A DNA stretch of 64,000 nt from a virus (Duplodnaviria > Caudoviricetes): IMG/VR virus record IMGVR_UViG_3300014091_000001, positions 22,392 to 86,391 of that record; one strand, written 5' to 3'. The notes under the pieces are model-generated. The model was given only the letters and a program-made list of their open reading frames with translations, searched no databases and was not told where the DNA came from. Both the position numbers and the translations under genes were made by a program. Positions within the stretch are counted from its first letter, which is position 1; each line of letters begins with the position of its first letter. Below are positions 26,984-36,955 of the stretch, one piece after another.

Positions 26984-27621
26984 GCGAACGCTTTTATATG
27001 ATTTGCTTGCGCGAAACCGTGGGCAATAACGCATCTTTTCATCGTCACAATGGCAGTGGGTACAGCACTAACGTTAGCAAGGCGCATGTTTATACCCTGG
27101 CTGACGCTCAAAGTAGCTGGGAATGCGGACGTGATATTGATTTGCCTATATCAGCGGAAGCGGTCGATACCCTGACTGTTTACCACGTTGATCACCAATA
27201 CATCCCATATCAAAACGTCATTGAATCTGGCTGCAGCCAGTATGTTGCCTTTGTTAAGGGTGACTGGAACGGTAACGACGTTTACTGGTTATCGGATCTT
27301 TTACCGACTGATGATTTTAGTAAAGCCAGAATATTCACTCAGCCAGACGTTAACGAAACCAATCTTGTCTGGTTGCCGTTTGCAGTAGCCGACGAGAAAA
27401 AACGGCTCACATTCAACATAAACCAACTCAATCGCCGAACCATGATTCAGGCGGCTGGCCTGCGCATGCCTGAATGGCTGAAAAAACAGAACAGACGTAA
27501 GAAAAACGCTTCCGGCAAAGTGCGCTGGAACTGCCCGCACTGCGGAAAGATATCGTGGCAATTTAACCCGTATGACTTCGAAGGATGCGCTGATTTAACC
27601 TGCGAGGAATGGCAACGATGA
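26980..27621 (+). CDS. Conserved hypothetical phage protein with C-terminal CxxC
   Basis: 213 aa ORF, overlapping start/stop coupling, WNCPHCG. Confidence 0.7.
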   Translation: MSERFYMICLRETVGNNASFHRHNGSGYSTNVSKAHVYTLADAQSSWECGRDIDLPISAEAVDTLTVYHVDHQYIPYQNVIESGCSQYVAFVKGDWNGNDVYWLSDLLPTDDFSKARIFTQPDVNETNLVWLPFAVADEKKRLTFNINQLNRRTMIQAAGLRMPEWLKKQNRRKKNASGKVRWNCPHCGKISWQFNPYDFEGCADLTCEEWQR

Positions 27622-28196
27622 ACACTATAAGTGCTGTAACGGTAGAACGTGACGAAGGCGGATTCTGGCTACACCCTGTGCTGGACAAACTGCTAGGGGA
27701 ACGCGAAGGCTTCCAGTCTGGTGAGTTTGAGGCCTGGTTAGACGCTAATAACCTTGAGGCCGCATATGACTATTGGAGTGAAGAAGACACCGACACGTAT
27801 CGCGCCTATGTGGTCAGTGGTTCTTTTGCCGCCTGGCAACCCGAGCCGCCTGCGGGGAGCGGCTGGTTTATTAGCTCGATCCATGACAGCGAAGAGGATG
27901 GCCCGCTTTGTATTTGGCTGCGAAACCGCTTATGTGGCGATGATACCAGCAAAGAAAACCTTGCTCAGCGGATCGCAGAACTGGAATCGCTTTTGCTGGT
28001 GGACGTCCCGGAGACCGTCTGGCCTGCCGAGGTGAATCTTGCCTTCTCTAAGGTCCAAAAGGCCGAAAAAGTCCTTGCTCACCACCAGCACCGCCTGAAA
28101 TATCACATCAATCGCATGTTGCTTGAAGGCTTGCCACTTCCGTCCGTAATTACTGCCGCCAGCTCGCTGGCCGATGCTATGGAGGATCGCCAGTGA
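27609..28196 (+). CDS. Hypothetical phage protein
   Basis: VERDEGGFWLHP...WQPEPP.G.GWFISSIHDSEEDGP, a common enterobacterial phage domain; translationally coupled. Confidence 0.7.
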   Translation: MATMNTISAVTVERDEGGFWLHPVLDKLLGEREGFQSGEFEAWLDANNLEAAYDYWSEEDTDTYRAYVVSGSFAAWQPEPPAGSGWFISSIHDSEEDGPLCIWLRNRLCGDDTSKENLAQRIAELESLLLVDVPETVWPAEVNLAFSKVQKAEKVLAHHQHRLKYHINRMLLEGLPLPSVITAASSLADAMEDRQ

Positions 28197-30025
28197 GCAG
28201 CATTCGCGAACTAATCCGGGAAATTATCGTTGATAACTTTGCTGGTGGCGGTGGCGCGTCAACCGGCATTGAGATGGCAATTGGCCGCAGCGTTGACATA
28301 GCAATTAATCACGATGAAAACGCTGTGGCGATGCACTCAACAAATCATCCGCGCACATTGCATTACTGCGAAAGCGTATACGACGTTAATCCGCGCCTGG
28401 CTACCGCAGGGCAGCGCGTGGGCCTCGCATGGTTTAGCCCTGACTGCCGCCATTTTTCCAAAGCAAAAGGTGGCAAGCCAGTTGAAAAAAGTATTCGCGG
28501 TCTCGCATGGATTGTCATTCGATGGGCGCTTGAAGTGCGGCCCCGGGTAATGATGCTTGAAAATGTGAGCGAGTTTCAGACCTGGGGACCGTTACTGCGT
28601 GAAATGCCCGTTCTTACCCATGCAGAGAGGCTTTTGCTTGATTTGGTTGGGCCACCAGCGCCGGTTGAACATACCCCTGACCGTTCGCGCGCGGGTGAGA
28701 CATTTGCGGCTTTCGTAGGCATGCTGACAACCGGCATTAACGCGGACCATCCCGCACTGCTTGAATGTTGCCACTTCCTGAATATTGATCCATCCAGCGA
28801 GCAGGCGATGAGTCTGGTTAACGGGCTGGGTTATGAGCTTGATCATCGTGAGCTACGCGCCTGCGACTACGGCGCGCCGACGATCAGGAAACGTTTCTTT
28901 ATGGTTATGCGTTGCGATAAGCAACCTATCGTATGGCCGGACGCCACTCATGGCGACCCTAACAGCGAAGCGGTAAAAACCGGACAGTTGCGGCCGTGGC
29001 GTACAGCGGCGGAATGTATAGACTGGTCCATTAAATGCCCGTCAATTTTTGAGCGTAACAAGCCACTAGCCGCCAATACGCTTAAACGCATCGCTCGCGG
29101 TATTCAGCGTTTTGTCGTGGATAGTGCATCCCCGTTCATCGTTAAGTGCAACCACACCTCAAACAAATCGAATTACGACTGCTTTCGGGGCCAGTCATTA
29201 GCAGAGCCGCTGCAAACCATCACTAAAACGCACGGTTACGCTATAGCCGTCCCGTATCTTACAAAATTCCGAACCGGCGCGACCGGCCAGGAGCTTACAG
29301 AACCGGCGCCGACCATTACGGCTGGCTCATCGGTGAGGCCTGGCGGTAACGGGCATGCCCTTGGACTGGTTGAGGCCGAGCTTTCTCCGTTCATTTCCCG
29401 CCAGTTTGGGGCAAGCATTGGTCACAGGATTGATGAGCCTAGCGCGACGATTACCGCTGGCGGCGGCGGTAAATCACAGCTGGTGGCTGCAAATCTCGTT
29501 AAGCACTTTGGCGGGAACTATACAGGCGCAGGCGTGGATCTGGATGGACCGTCTCACACCATTACGACAACCGATCATCATGCTCTTGTCGCCTCCCACC
29601 TCATCATGATGTACAGCGCCTGCCCGGACGGGCAGACCGTCGAAAAACCTATGCCGACTGTAACGGCTGGTGGCCTTCATGCTGGTGAGGTCCGCACGTT
29701 GCTGGCGGCTGAAAACTACGACGAGGCCCGTGCAGACCAGGTAAGCGCATTTCTCCAGGAGCATGGAATCAGTGAGTTTGTGACCATCAAAAACGTTGTG
29801 TATCGCATCGTAGATATCGGCATGCGCATGCTGCAACCCCATGAGCTTTACGCGGCGCAGGGCTTCCCGGACTGGTACATCATCGACCGGGATTATCGTG
29901 GCGTGAAGTACGCAAAAGATAAACAGGTAGCGCGCTGCGGTAATGCGGTACCGCCGCCGTTCGCTGAATCATTAGTTAGAGCCAATTTACCCGAATTATG
30001 TGGAATCAAGGAGCAGGCAGCATGA
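28193..30025 (+). CDS. C5-cytosine DNA methyltransferase (phage type, long TRD)
   Basis: DNFAGGGGAS, WFSPDCRHFS, LENVSEF, YGAPTIRKR, RMLQPHEL, CGNAVPP. Confidence 0.92.
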   Translation: MSSIRELIREIIVDNFAGGGGASTGIEMAIGRSVDIAINHDENAVAMHSTNHPRTLHYCESVYDVNPRLATAGQRVGLAWFSPDCRHFSKAKGGKPVEKSIRGLAWIVIRWALEVRPRVMMLENVSEFQTWGPLLREMPVLTHAERLLLDLVGPPAPVEHTPDRSRAGETFAAFVGMLTTGINADHPALLECCHFLNIDPSSEQAMSLVNGLGYELDHRELRACDYGAPTIRKRFFMVMRCDKQPIVWPDATHGDPNSEAVKTGQLRPWRTAAECIDWSIKCPSIFERNKPLAANTLKRIARGIQRFVVDSASPFIVKCNHTSNKSNYDCFRGQSLAEPLQTITKTHGYAIAVPYLTKFRTGATGQELTEPAPTITAGSSVRPGGNGHALGLVEAELSPFISRQFGASIGHRIDEPSATITAGGGGKSQLVAANLVKHFGGNYTGAGVDLDGPSHTITTTDHHALVASHLIMMYSACPDGQTVEKPMPTVTAGGLHAGEVRTLLAAENYDEARADQVSAFLQEHGISEFVTIKNVVYRIVDIGMRMLQPHELYAAQGFPDWYIIDRDYRGVKYAKDKQVARCGNAVPPPFAESLVRANLPELCGIKEQAA

Positions 30026-30468
30026 CCAAGATTATAAAAATGACGTGCGTCAAATCAGACAACCCTGCGTGGTTTACGGTTGGCTCAAATTATGAGGCGG
30101 AACCGCGCGGGACGGACTTATGTATCTGCGGTGACAACCTTGTTTCTGATCTTAACGTCTCAGACAGGTATGAAATGAGCCGCCGCGAAGATGGGATCTG
30201 GTTTCTCATTGGCTTTCAGCAGACAGTGCTGTTTCGCGCCGTTGAAGACGTCGTTCAATCATTCAAACTCCCGGCCATCGATATCATTAATGCCCTTGAT
30301 TACCGCATAAAAAATATACGGGAATCGATCGACCACTTAACAGGGAAGCAGCCAGAAGAAGCTGAGTCGCTTAAAAGGCTGGTGGACGAACTAATTGCTG
30401 CAGGGGAAGCACGCAGCGCCATTAAACGCAGTAACACCTATGTCGTTTCAGAGGAAGTGAAGGGATGA
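30022..30468 (+). CDS. Hypothetical protein
   Basis: ATG overlapping MTase stop; RBS GGAG. Confidence 0.6.
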   Translation: MTKIIKMTCVKSDNPAWFTVGSNYEAEPRGTDLCICGDNLVSDLNVSDRYEMSRREDGIWFLIGFQQTVLFRAVEDVVQSFKLPAIDIINALDYRIKNIRESIDHLTGKQPEEAESLKRLVDELIAAGEARSAIKRSNTYVVSEEVKG

Positions 30469-30809
30469 GCAAGTATCGCAAGGGCGCAGTATATCTTCGT
30501 CATTTAAAACCAACCGACAAATCAACGTCATTTCAGGTTTCTATCCGGCTGGCATATTTCAACGATAAAAATATCTGGAAACACCCGGAACGGGTAACTC
30601 CCGTCGTCCTGGTGCAACATGGATGCAAAGGCGTAATGGAAGTGTTTATGACCCGGGAAGATGCCTTGCGACAGCTTATGATGTACCGGGAGCGCCGTGC
30701 TCGTAACACTAAACATAATGCAAAGCGCGGCCAACGCCAGACAAAAGGGGATTTAAGCAAGGCGTTTCGCCGCTGGGCATTTAAGCATCGTAGCGGCGGT
30801 GCAAAGTGA
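30465..30809 (+). CDS. Hypothetical basic protein
   Basis: Coupled ATGA junction; 114 aa. Confidence 0.6.
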   Translation: MSKYRKGAVYLRHLKPTDKSTSFQVSIRLAYFNDKNIWKHPERVTPVVLVQHGCKGVMEVFMTREDALRQLMMYRERRARNTKHNAKRGQRQTKGDLSKAFRRWAFKHRSGGAK

Positions 30810-31117
30810 GCCTCTTTCAATGCGACGTTTGTGGATGCCGTGAAAATACAGCGTACTCATTTCAGGGGTTTCACCTTTGGCCTCAGTTGTTCGACTGGTC
30901 TTATGCCCCGGAACGGAGGGGGAAGTGTCTGTGCAGCGTTTGCGGACCGGAAAAATTCAAAGATGGCAGGGCGACCGGTTGTGGCAAATGGCATGACACC
31001 TTCCCGCGCATATTCCTCCCGAAAGGCATGTTTATCACCAATGCTGTAGGCAACCTGGCGCATCGAGATACAGGTGAAGAGAGTTATTCAAAGTATTCGA
31101 CGGAGACCGAGCAGTGA
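30806..31117 (+). CDS. Small Cys-rich (zinc-binding) hypothetical protein
   Basis: FQCDVCGCREN...CLCSVC; coupled GTGA junction. Confidence 0.65.
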   Translation: MSLFQCDVCGCRENTAYSFQGFHLWPQLFDWSYAPERRGKCLCSVCGPEKFKDGRATGCGKWHDTFPRIFLPKGMFITNAVGNLAHRDTGEESYSKYSTETEQ

Positions 31118-31734
31118 ACACAACCGAACTAATTGCCAGCCTGCGCGGGCGTTACGCGGAGCCAGAGGCGCCAAAATGTCACATTTGCGGGGCTGAAATG
31201 ACGATCCAGTCCGCCTCATCAATCCGCATCACCTACGGCTGCACAGGCGCGACCTACGACGACAGCGGCTGTCATTATGCGCCAGGGCGGAATATAGCGG
31301 ACGACCACTACGCCGATTCCCGCGTAACCGTAGCAAACCGCGCTGATCCTGACGTTCTGGCGCTGGTAGAGGCGCTGGAGAGTGCGCAGCGGGGTGAGCA
31401 GCAATGGAAAGCGGCAGTTGAGGCGTTCTGCGCTGATGATGCCGAATGGCACAAACTCACCACGTCTAACAATAAGCTGATTTCTACGCTGGCTACAGCG
31501 CTGAGCAAACAGGCAGACCGCATCGCTGAGCTGGAGGCGCGGACGGTCACTGTGCAGTTGCCAGCGCACAAATATCGTGAATGCGTCAATGGCCTGCTGG
31601 AAGAAGCTATTGCTTACGCGGGGACGCAACAGCTTCGTGAGCGCCTCTCTTCGAGGTTGGCTAATTTCGTGCAGCCGGATCATCCGCATACTCGATGTGC
31701 GGTCGGAATCAAATGCGAAGTGAAGGGGGAGTGA
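31114..31734 (+). CDS. Ead/Ea22-like protein
   Basis: PKCHICG zinc knuckle, ADPDVLALVEALE, RIAELEARTV. Confidence 0.7.
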   Translation: MNTTELIASLRGRYAEPEAPKCHICGAEMTIQSASSIRITYGCTGATYDDSGCHYAPGRNIADDHYADSRVTVANRADPDVLALVEALESAQRGEQQWKAAVEAFCADDAEWHKLTTSNNKLISTLATALSKQADRIAELEARTVTVQLPAHKYRECVNGLLEEAIAYAGTQQLRERLSSRLANFVQPDHPHTRCAVGIKCEVKGE

Positions 31735-31934
31735 TGGCAGATACAACCGCAGAATGGAGTTTTTCACTCGACACTCAATGCCCGCAGTGCAAACACGTTT
31801 TCGATTTGCGTCAGGAACTTGTAGATAACGTTTCGTCTATTGATATTTGCGAAACGGACACCGTTGCTACGCGGGATTACGAGACGGCATGCCCTGAGTG
31901 TGGTCATGAATTTACATGCGATTTTGTTTACTGA
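31734..31934 (+). CDS. Small zinc-ribbon protein
   Basis: QCPQCKH...ACPECGHEF; start at ATG 31734. Confidence 0.65.
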   Translation: MADTTAEWSFSLDTQCPQCKHVFDLRQELVDNVSSIDICETDTVATRDYETACPECGHEFTCDFVY

Positions 31935-31944
31935 GGTCTAACCC

Positions 31945-32172
31945 ATGACATTCACAAGGGAGCAACTAATCGAGCGTATCGCTGAGCAAAAAACCACATT
32001 AGTAAGCATGCTGGGGGTGATGCCTCAGCTTTTGCAAAATGCATCGGTTTCTCGGGCAATGGCGGCAGCAGAAAAGGATCTGCGGATTCTTGAAATTGCC
32101 CTGACAGCACTGGACTCCCGCGCAGCTGTAGAGCCAGCGACAGTGAATAAGGATGATGGCAATGGGAATTGA
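31945..32172 (+). CDS. Hypothetical protein (Eae/Ead-like N-terminus)
   Basis: MTFTREQLIERI...LRILEIAL; RBS GAGG. Confidence 0.6.
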   Translation: MTFTREQLIERIAEQKTTLVSMLGVMPQLLQNASVSRAMAAAEKDLRILEIALTALDSRAAVEPATVNKDDGNGN

Positions 32173-32368
32173 ATACTGGCCTGATCAGCTTTGGCCAAAG
32201 CCACCTCGGCGCTGAAAGAAGCCGCCTGGCTGGTAGCTTCACGCGGCCACCAGCTTCAAATTAAACCGTTTGTATTGACATACAGATTGAAGAGGGCCAT
32301 TATTTCCGTACTGGCCGCATTTGCGGCCATACGCCCCGGCGTTTCCGGGCAATTAAGGAATACCCCTC

Positions 32369-33037
32369 ATGAGACCAATGCGTAAAGATGCGTTCATTTC
32401 CCTGATCACCTCCCTACTGGAACAAAATATTAAAATCACTTTCGTGATGGTCCCAGGCCACTTTATCGGCTTCATGAAATGGATCGATCTTGACGGCGAA
32501 GAACGTCAGGAAGTGCTGTTTAACAGCATTCATAGCAACGAGAAACAATCCGAGTTTCATCGTCAACGCTTCATGGCGTGGTATGACGCAGCCGTAGCGG
32601 CGCACCAGGAAAAGCAAGCTATTGAGAGTAAGTGCGATAAAGAACCTGCGCATGCTGTAGCGCTGGAAACGGCTACTATATCGGTGCCGGTAGCTACGTT
32701 GCTAAATCAAACGGCATGGGGGCCGGTCAAAGCCATTCGAGCATCGATGGTAGATGAGCGCTGCCAGCTCGCCTGCGGCTCTGCCACGGCGCTGGCACTA
32801 CAAGGACATATCGGCATCCATTTTGAATGGAAGGTGGATTACGGTGGCGTAATGGCGGGACTGCCGTGTGTTGTCTCCTTTGAGGGTGAGCCACGTATTA
32901 TTAGTGGAGTTAAGATACTGACGAATAAGCCAGTAATGGAGATACTGGAAACTCTGGATGAGTCGCAAGACTTTACCGGCCAAATCCTGAAATATTGCCA
33001 TGAAAAGCTTGCCATCCCGCACCCGGAGGGAAGCTAA
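32369..33037 (+). CDS. Hypothetical protein
   Basis: 222 aa ORF with RBS AAGGA. Confidence 0.65.
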   Translation: MRPMRKDAFISLITSLLEQNIKITFVMVPGHFIGFMKWIDLDGEERQEVLFNSIHSNEKQSEFHRQRFMAWYDAAVAAHQEKQAIESKCDKEPAHAVALETATISVPVATLLNQTAWGPVKAIRASMVDERCQLACGSATALALQGHIGIHFEWKVDYGGVMAGLPCVVSFEGEPRIISGVKILTNKPVMEILETLDESQDFTGQILKYCHEKLAIPHPEGS

Positions 33038-33053
33038 AGCTAAGCGAGAGTTA

Positions 33054-33326
33054 ATGAAAAAGTATCAGACGTTGCACGGTAACAATAATGCATTAAAAGA
33101 GGATGATCCTGCGACCGCCTACATTCAGCAACGCGTCACAATGGCGCGTAAAAACCGCTATGTGGCCCAGGCGCGAAGAGAAGGGCTAAGCCTGTCTGAA
33201 TGGATACAGAAACACTGTGACGCGGCTTGCGATGCCGCCGATTCGGGAACTGAAAGAGAAGATAATGGAAGAAATGACACGGGAAACACAGCAGGCGGAA
33301 CGTCGCGCAAAGCTGGTAAAAATTGA
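33054..33326 (+). CDS. Small RHH/HicB-like DNA-binding protein
   Basis: YIQQRVTMARKNRYVAQARREGLSLSEWI. Confidence 0.6.
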   Translation: MKKYQTLHGNNNALKEDDPATAYIQQRVTMARKNRYVAQARREGLSLSEWIQKHCDAACDAADSGTEREDNGRNDTGNTAGGTSRKAGKN

Positions 33327-33489
33327 CGAACTCATGCAGCAGGTTGAAGTTTTGACGGTAGAACTGATCGAAGGTTACACCGAAGAACATGATGGTAAAT
33401 TCAGCGCAATTCACCCGCGCATGGGCTTCTCTATGATGCGGAAACAGCTGGTGGAACTACGTCGTGGGTTTCTGAGGGCAAAATTATGA
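33265..33489 (+). CDS. Hypothetical coiled-coil protein
   Basis: Probable start at ATG 33265; coupled to next ORF. Confidence 0.5.
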   Translation: MEEMTRETQQAERRAKLVKIDELMQQVEVLTVELIEGYTEEHDGKFSAIHPRMGFSMMRKQLVELRRGFLRAKL

Positions 33490-33716
33490 AAACTGCATTC
33501 AAAAATTACGCAACCCGTACTGAGGCTATTACCTCGCTGCAAATCGGTGACTCCATCCTTCTGGCTCCGTATAACGAAGGTGAATATGCCCGTGAGCAAG
33601 CCAGCATTAAATCATGCGCTGTACGCAAGGGAATGCACGTTGAATTGAAACAGGTGCTTATTGTCATTGAAGGTGAGATCCCTCAAAGCTTGATTCGCGT
33701 CACTCGCACATCGTGA
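33486..33716 (+). CDS. Hypothetical protein
   Basis: Coupled ATGA junction, 76 aa. Confidence 0.6.
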   Translation: MKTAFKNYATRTEAITSLQIGDSILLAPYNEGEYAREQASIKSCAVRKGMHVELKQVLIVIEGEIPQSLIRVTRTS

Positions 33717-33916
33717 AATAGTGGCCGCATTCCATTTAATGATTCCTGGCGGGTAAAACCCGCCTTGGTTGTTCTCACTCTATCACTCCATCCATAGCTT
33801 TCATCTTCCCTCGATAGCTCTTCAAAATTATCAACTAACAAATTGCTTAAATGTATACAAGCATTAGAATCTATGCGATTAACATGTCGCACGGCTTCAA
33901 CCGTTAAGGGTTTAGG

Positions 33917-34210
33917 GTGGCTTTTTTTATTCAGCTTTACATTGCAATGGGCGCGGCGCAGCTCGCTTATGAAGTCCGTTACATGGTCAATAAATCGCCT
34001 GGGAAATCAAAAAAAGGGCTAAAAGGTTTGCTTGATGAGTATTACAGCCTCCTGGATGCAGTAAAGCTCTTACCACTTCCAACACAGCTTTTCGTATCAT
34101 TAATGGCAGCCTTGCTTGTATCTGTAGCCGGAGCGCTTGGGATCACGTTCGTGATTTTAAGCTGGCCCGCACTCGTATTAATGCGCGTCAATGGACGCAT
34201 AAAGAAGTAA
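33917..34210 (+). CDS. Small membrane protein
   Basis: Hydrophobic N- and C-terminal segments; GTG start with AGGG RBS. Confidence 0.55.
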   Translation: MAFFIQLYIAMGAAQLAYEVRYMVNKSPGKSKKGLKGLLDEYYSLLDAVKLLPLPTQLFVSLMAALLVSVAGALGITFVILSWPALVLMRVNGRIKK

Positions 34211-34362
34211 CGTTGCTTTATCGCGTGATGGCCGCAGCATATAACCGCCTGCATTTATTGATGGGTTTTATGCCCGGCCGGTCATGATATTGACAAGGAT
34301 TATTGATTTCGTTGGATGCGCTCAGGTAGATTCTCAGACCTGATAAGCCGTAAGGATACCCA

Positions 34363-34782
34363 ATGAATCGTCCAAAGGTTTTTGTTGCACTCGCTTTTCT
34401 CGCCTCTCCCTTAGCTGTTCATGCCACCAGCCATCCTGCATTTTTATTCGATTGTGGAAAATACAAAGTAACCGCATTCAAAGACATTCCGGCAGTCACG
34501 TTGAATGGCAGCAAGATGGATGATTACCAGCTGAAACAAAACAAACAGACGCCTGTTATCTCCTTTTCTGAATACGCAGCCGCTGGCGGCTCGCGCACAA
34601 ATTACGAGTTGTGGGTTTTGTCTGAGGCCGGTGTCCCAGCGCTGGGGCATCAGTGGGTTAATGCCGACAACCGGCCGAAACATAAAACACAGGTCGAATT
34701 CTGTAAGCCGGTACAGGAAACCACGGCGGAAGAACCCGGCCAGTCAATGCTGGAAATGCTGGCAGAAGACGCTGCAGGGTGA
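34363..34782 (+). CDS. Secreted/periplasmic hypothetical protein
   Basis: Signal peptide MNRPKVFVALAFLASPLAVHA; two Cys; RBS AAGGA. Confidence 0.7.
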   Translation: MNRPKVFVALAFLASPLAVHATSHPAFLFDCGKYKVTAFKDIPAVTLNGSKMDDYQLKQNKQTPVISFSEYAAAGGSRTNYELWVLSEAGVPALGHQWVNADNRPKHKTQVEFCKPVQETTAEEPGQSMLEMLAEDAAG

Positions 34783-34788
34783 AAAAAG

Positions 34789-34812
34789 AAAGCCCCTTGA
34801 AGGGGCTTTTTT
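34789..34812. terminator. Bidirectional terminator between convergent operons
   Basis: AAAGCCCCT-TGA-AGGGGCTTTTTT. Confidence 0.8.
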
Positions 34813-35491
34813 ATGCATTGGTCGTTGCGATTATTCGTCTTAGACGGGCCTTTTCAAACTCTTCCGCCAAAATCTCTACCGGAACGCCGGTAGCAGCGAA
34901 TTTATCGAGGGCTGGCGCACGGAAGAAACAAGGTGCGTTCGCCAATCTTTCGGATGTGCTTTCGGTAGGCATAATATAATGCAATTCAGGCTCATCGCTG
35001 GCCCGTTCGCCGATATAAATCCAGGCATTCTGCCCGATGCCTTGCGCTTGAAGGAAAACCATTGATATGGCCAGCGGTAGCGACTGGTGTTGGTACTGGT
35101 GGAGCTGGTGGCCGTTAGTCATGATATCGCCCCTGGATGGCTGAGGGTTATTTTCCACATGCCACTCACCCAGCAAACTATCATGCTGGAATACTACCGG
35201 TGATATCATCATCGGTGTAATTCGAAGCAGACTTTGCGAAAAGGCGCTATCTAACGCTGGTGACATTGCAGTGGCGTTAAGATCAGCAGACAAGGCCTCG
35301 ATATCATGTTCATTATAATCTTCACGCGGCAACCAGTAACGCAACTCGCCACGAATCCATACGACTTCTCCCAGCATTAGCGACGGTTCGAAACCAGTCA
35401 GAGCCAGTAACGCACGGTCAATATCCGGCTGGAGGATCTCCGCATCTAACACGGAAATGCTCATGTCCTTACAGATTTGATATTCCATCAC
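34811..35491 (-). CDS. Hypothetical protein
   Basis: 226 aa ORF coupled to upstream gene. Confidence 0.6.
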   Translation of the reverse strand: MMEYQICKDMSISVLDAEILQPDIDRALLALTGFEPSLMLGEVVWIRGELRYWLPREDYNEHDIEALSADLNATAMSPALDSAFSQSLLRITPMMISPVVFQHDSLLGEWHVENNPQPSRGDIMTNGHQLHQYQHQSLPLAISMVFLQAQGIGQNAWIYIGERASDEPELHYIMPTESTSERLANAPCFFRAPALDKFAATGVPVEILAEEFEKARLRRIIATTNA

Positions 35492-35949
35492 TGAGCCTTT
35501 TGGGTGCGCTTCACATATTTCGTCGGAGTGGCGGCTTTTACGGGCTCTACATCACTATTGCCATCAATGAGCGTCGGGATAGTAACCGCTTCCAACATTC
35601 CGTGCGCTACGATCATGCCTGGCTGTGGCTCAAAACTTTTACCGCCATTATCGACCACCAGCCGGAGGATAACTTCATTTTTATCGCCAGGAAGGACCAC
35701 GGCTACACCCTCCGCCAGGCGGGCCAGATGATCTCTGGCAAGGGAAGGGGCCGTGTAGAGTTTCAGGACATGGCCGTCCGGCACATCGAAAGCGAGGCCT
35801 GTATGGAGGAAGTAGGCCTTTCCGGGCTTCTCATTAGCGCGCAGCGTTACATGGATTTGTGCATCCATTACCGGGATCTGAATAGCCGCGCCGCTCATTT
35901 TCGGCATGGTCACGCTGTCATTAAGTCTGATTACGGTTAGGGAAGTCAT
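35488..35949 (-). CDS. Degenerate trimeric dUTPase-fold protein
   Basis: LHTGLAFDVPDGHVLKLY..PSL...GVAVVLPGDKNEVILRL...PGMIVAHG follows dUTPase motifs II-IV, but catalytic residues are replaced. Confidence 0.6.
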   Translation of the reverse strand: MTSLTVIRLNDSVTMPKMSGAAIQIPVMDAQIHVTLRANEKPGKAYFLHTGLAFDVPDGHVLKLYTAPSLARDHLARLAEGVAVVLPGDKNEVILRLVVDNGGKSFEPQPGMIVAHGMLEAVTIPTLIDGNSDVEPVKAATPTKYVKRTQKAQ

Positions 35950-36416
35950 TTGGAGGACGCCTCCTGGCGTTTAAATTTGTAATAGCGGCGAACCGCCGTG
36001 CGGGGCTTGCTTTCGAAGGATTCCAGTAACCCGCGCTCGATAAGACGCCGGGCGGCCTTCAAAAATACAGTGCGTGAAACCGGCACATCGTTGGCCGTGA
36101 TCTCGATGTGGGTGTTTAGCTTTTCCATGATCTGTATTTCTATTTTGCTCAACCGATGTGGCGTCATAGGCGCGATGAGAGATGGTTTCATGCGTAGCTG
36201 ATAAAATTGCTGACCGGTGCATTCCAGTATTTCATTCTCCACCAGCCCTTCCAGGGCTTTGCGAATGCTGAGTGTGGACGCGCCAGGCATCATCGCGGTA
36301 AAGGTACGACGGGAAACGTTTTTGCGAGATTGGGTCAGGAAGATATCGATGATTCGCGCCGCTTCCGATGGATAAAGCGATGCATATATCTGTAATTGTG
36401 GGAACACGCTTTTCAA
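35946..36416 (-). CDS. Putative winged-helix DNA-binding protein
   Basis: Two HTH-like segments (STLSIRKALEGLVENEIL; VFLKAARRLIERGLL). Confidence 0.5.
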   Translation of the reverse strand: MKSVFPQLQIYASLYPSEAARIIDIFLTQSRKNVSRRTFTAMMPGASTLSIRKALEGLVENEILECTGQQFYQLRMKPSLIAPMTPHRLSKIEIQIMEKLNTHIEITANDVPVSRTVFLKAARRLIERGLLESFESKPRTAVRRYYKFKRQEASSK

Positions 36417-36495
36417 TTTGTTATCCTGTATGTGGCTTTTTCAGAGCCAAATCGCACTGAGTAGGGGGGTGGCATATGCTGCCCCCTTATTCTTT

Positions 36496-36951
36496 TTAAT
36501 CCTGGGACCATCGCTCGCCGGTATCGACGCATACCATGCCGTGACAAACACGCCCCTGGTCAAGGCGAAACGCCAGCCCGCCATGCTTCATACGCTGACG
36601 TGCAAATTTAAGGCCGCTCAGATAAGCCAGTGGCATAGGCGAATCACTTACACCATCCTCTTCACATACGCCGTCCTCTGCATCGTTAACGCCGCGTGAG
36701 AATTCATTGAGGACTTCGCGCCGATCATCAAAGCGGATAACCTCGCCGTATTCCTCGTCCCGGCAGTATTCGATTACGCCTTGTTTAACAAGCGTGGCGA
36801 CGGTGCGGGCATGCATAAAGATTTCAGGTCCAAAATAAACGCCTCTTGATGAATCGACATAGGAGCTGTTGCTGTAACCAATAGGGTTATGGATATCGTG
36901 AGCGCTGGCGACGGCCACAAACAGGCGGGCCAGATTGTTGGTGAGGGACAC
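36496..36951 (-). CDS. Hypothetical protein
   Basis: Probable GTG start at 36951, just after upstream stop. Confidence 0.55.
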   Translation of the reverse strand: MSLTNNLARLFVAVASAHDIHNPIGYSNSSYVDSSRGVYFGPEIFMHARTVATLVKQGVIEYCRDEEYGEVIRFDDRREVLNEFSRGVNDAEDGVCEEDGVSDSPMPLAYLSGLKFARQRMKHGGLAFRLDQGRVCHGMVCVDTGERWSQD

Positions 36952-36955
36952 GGTA

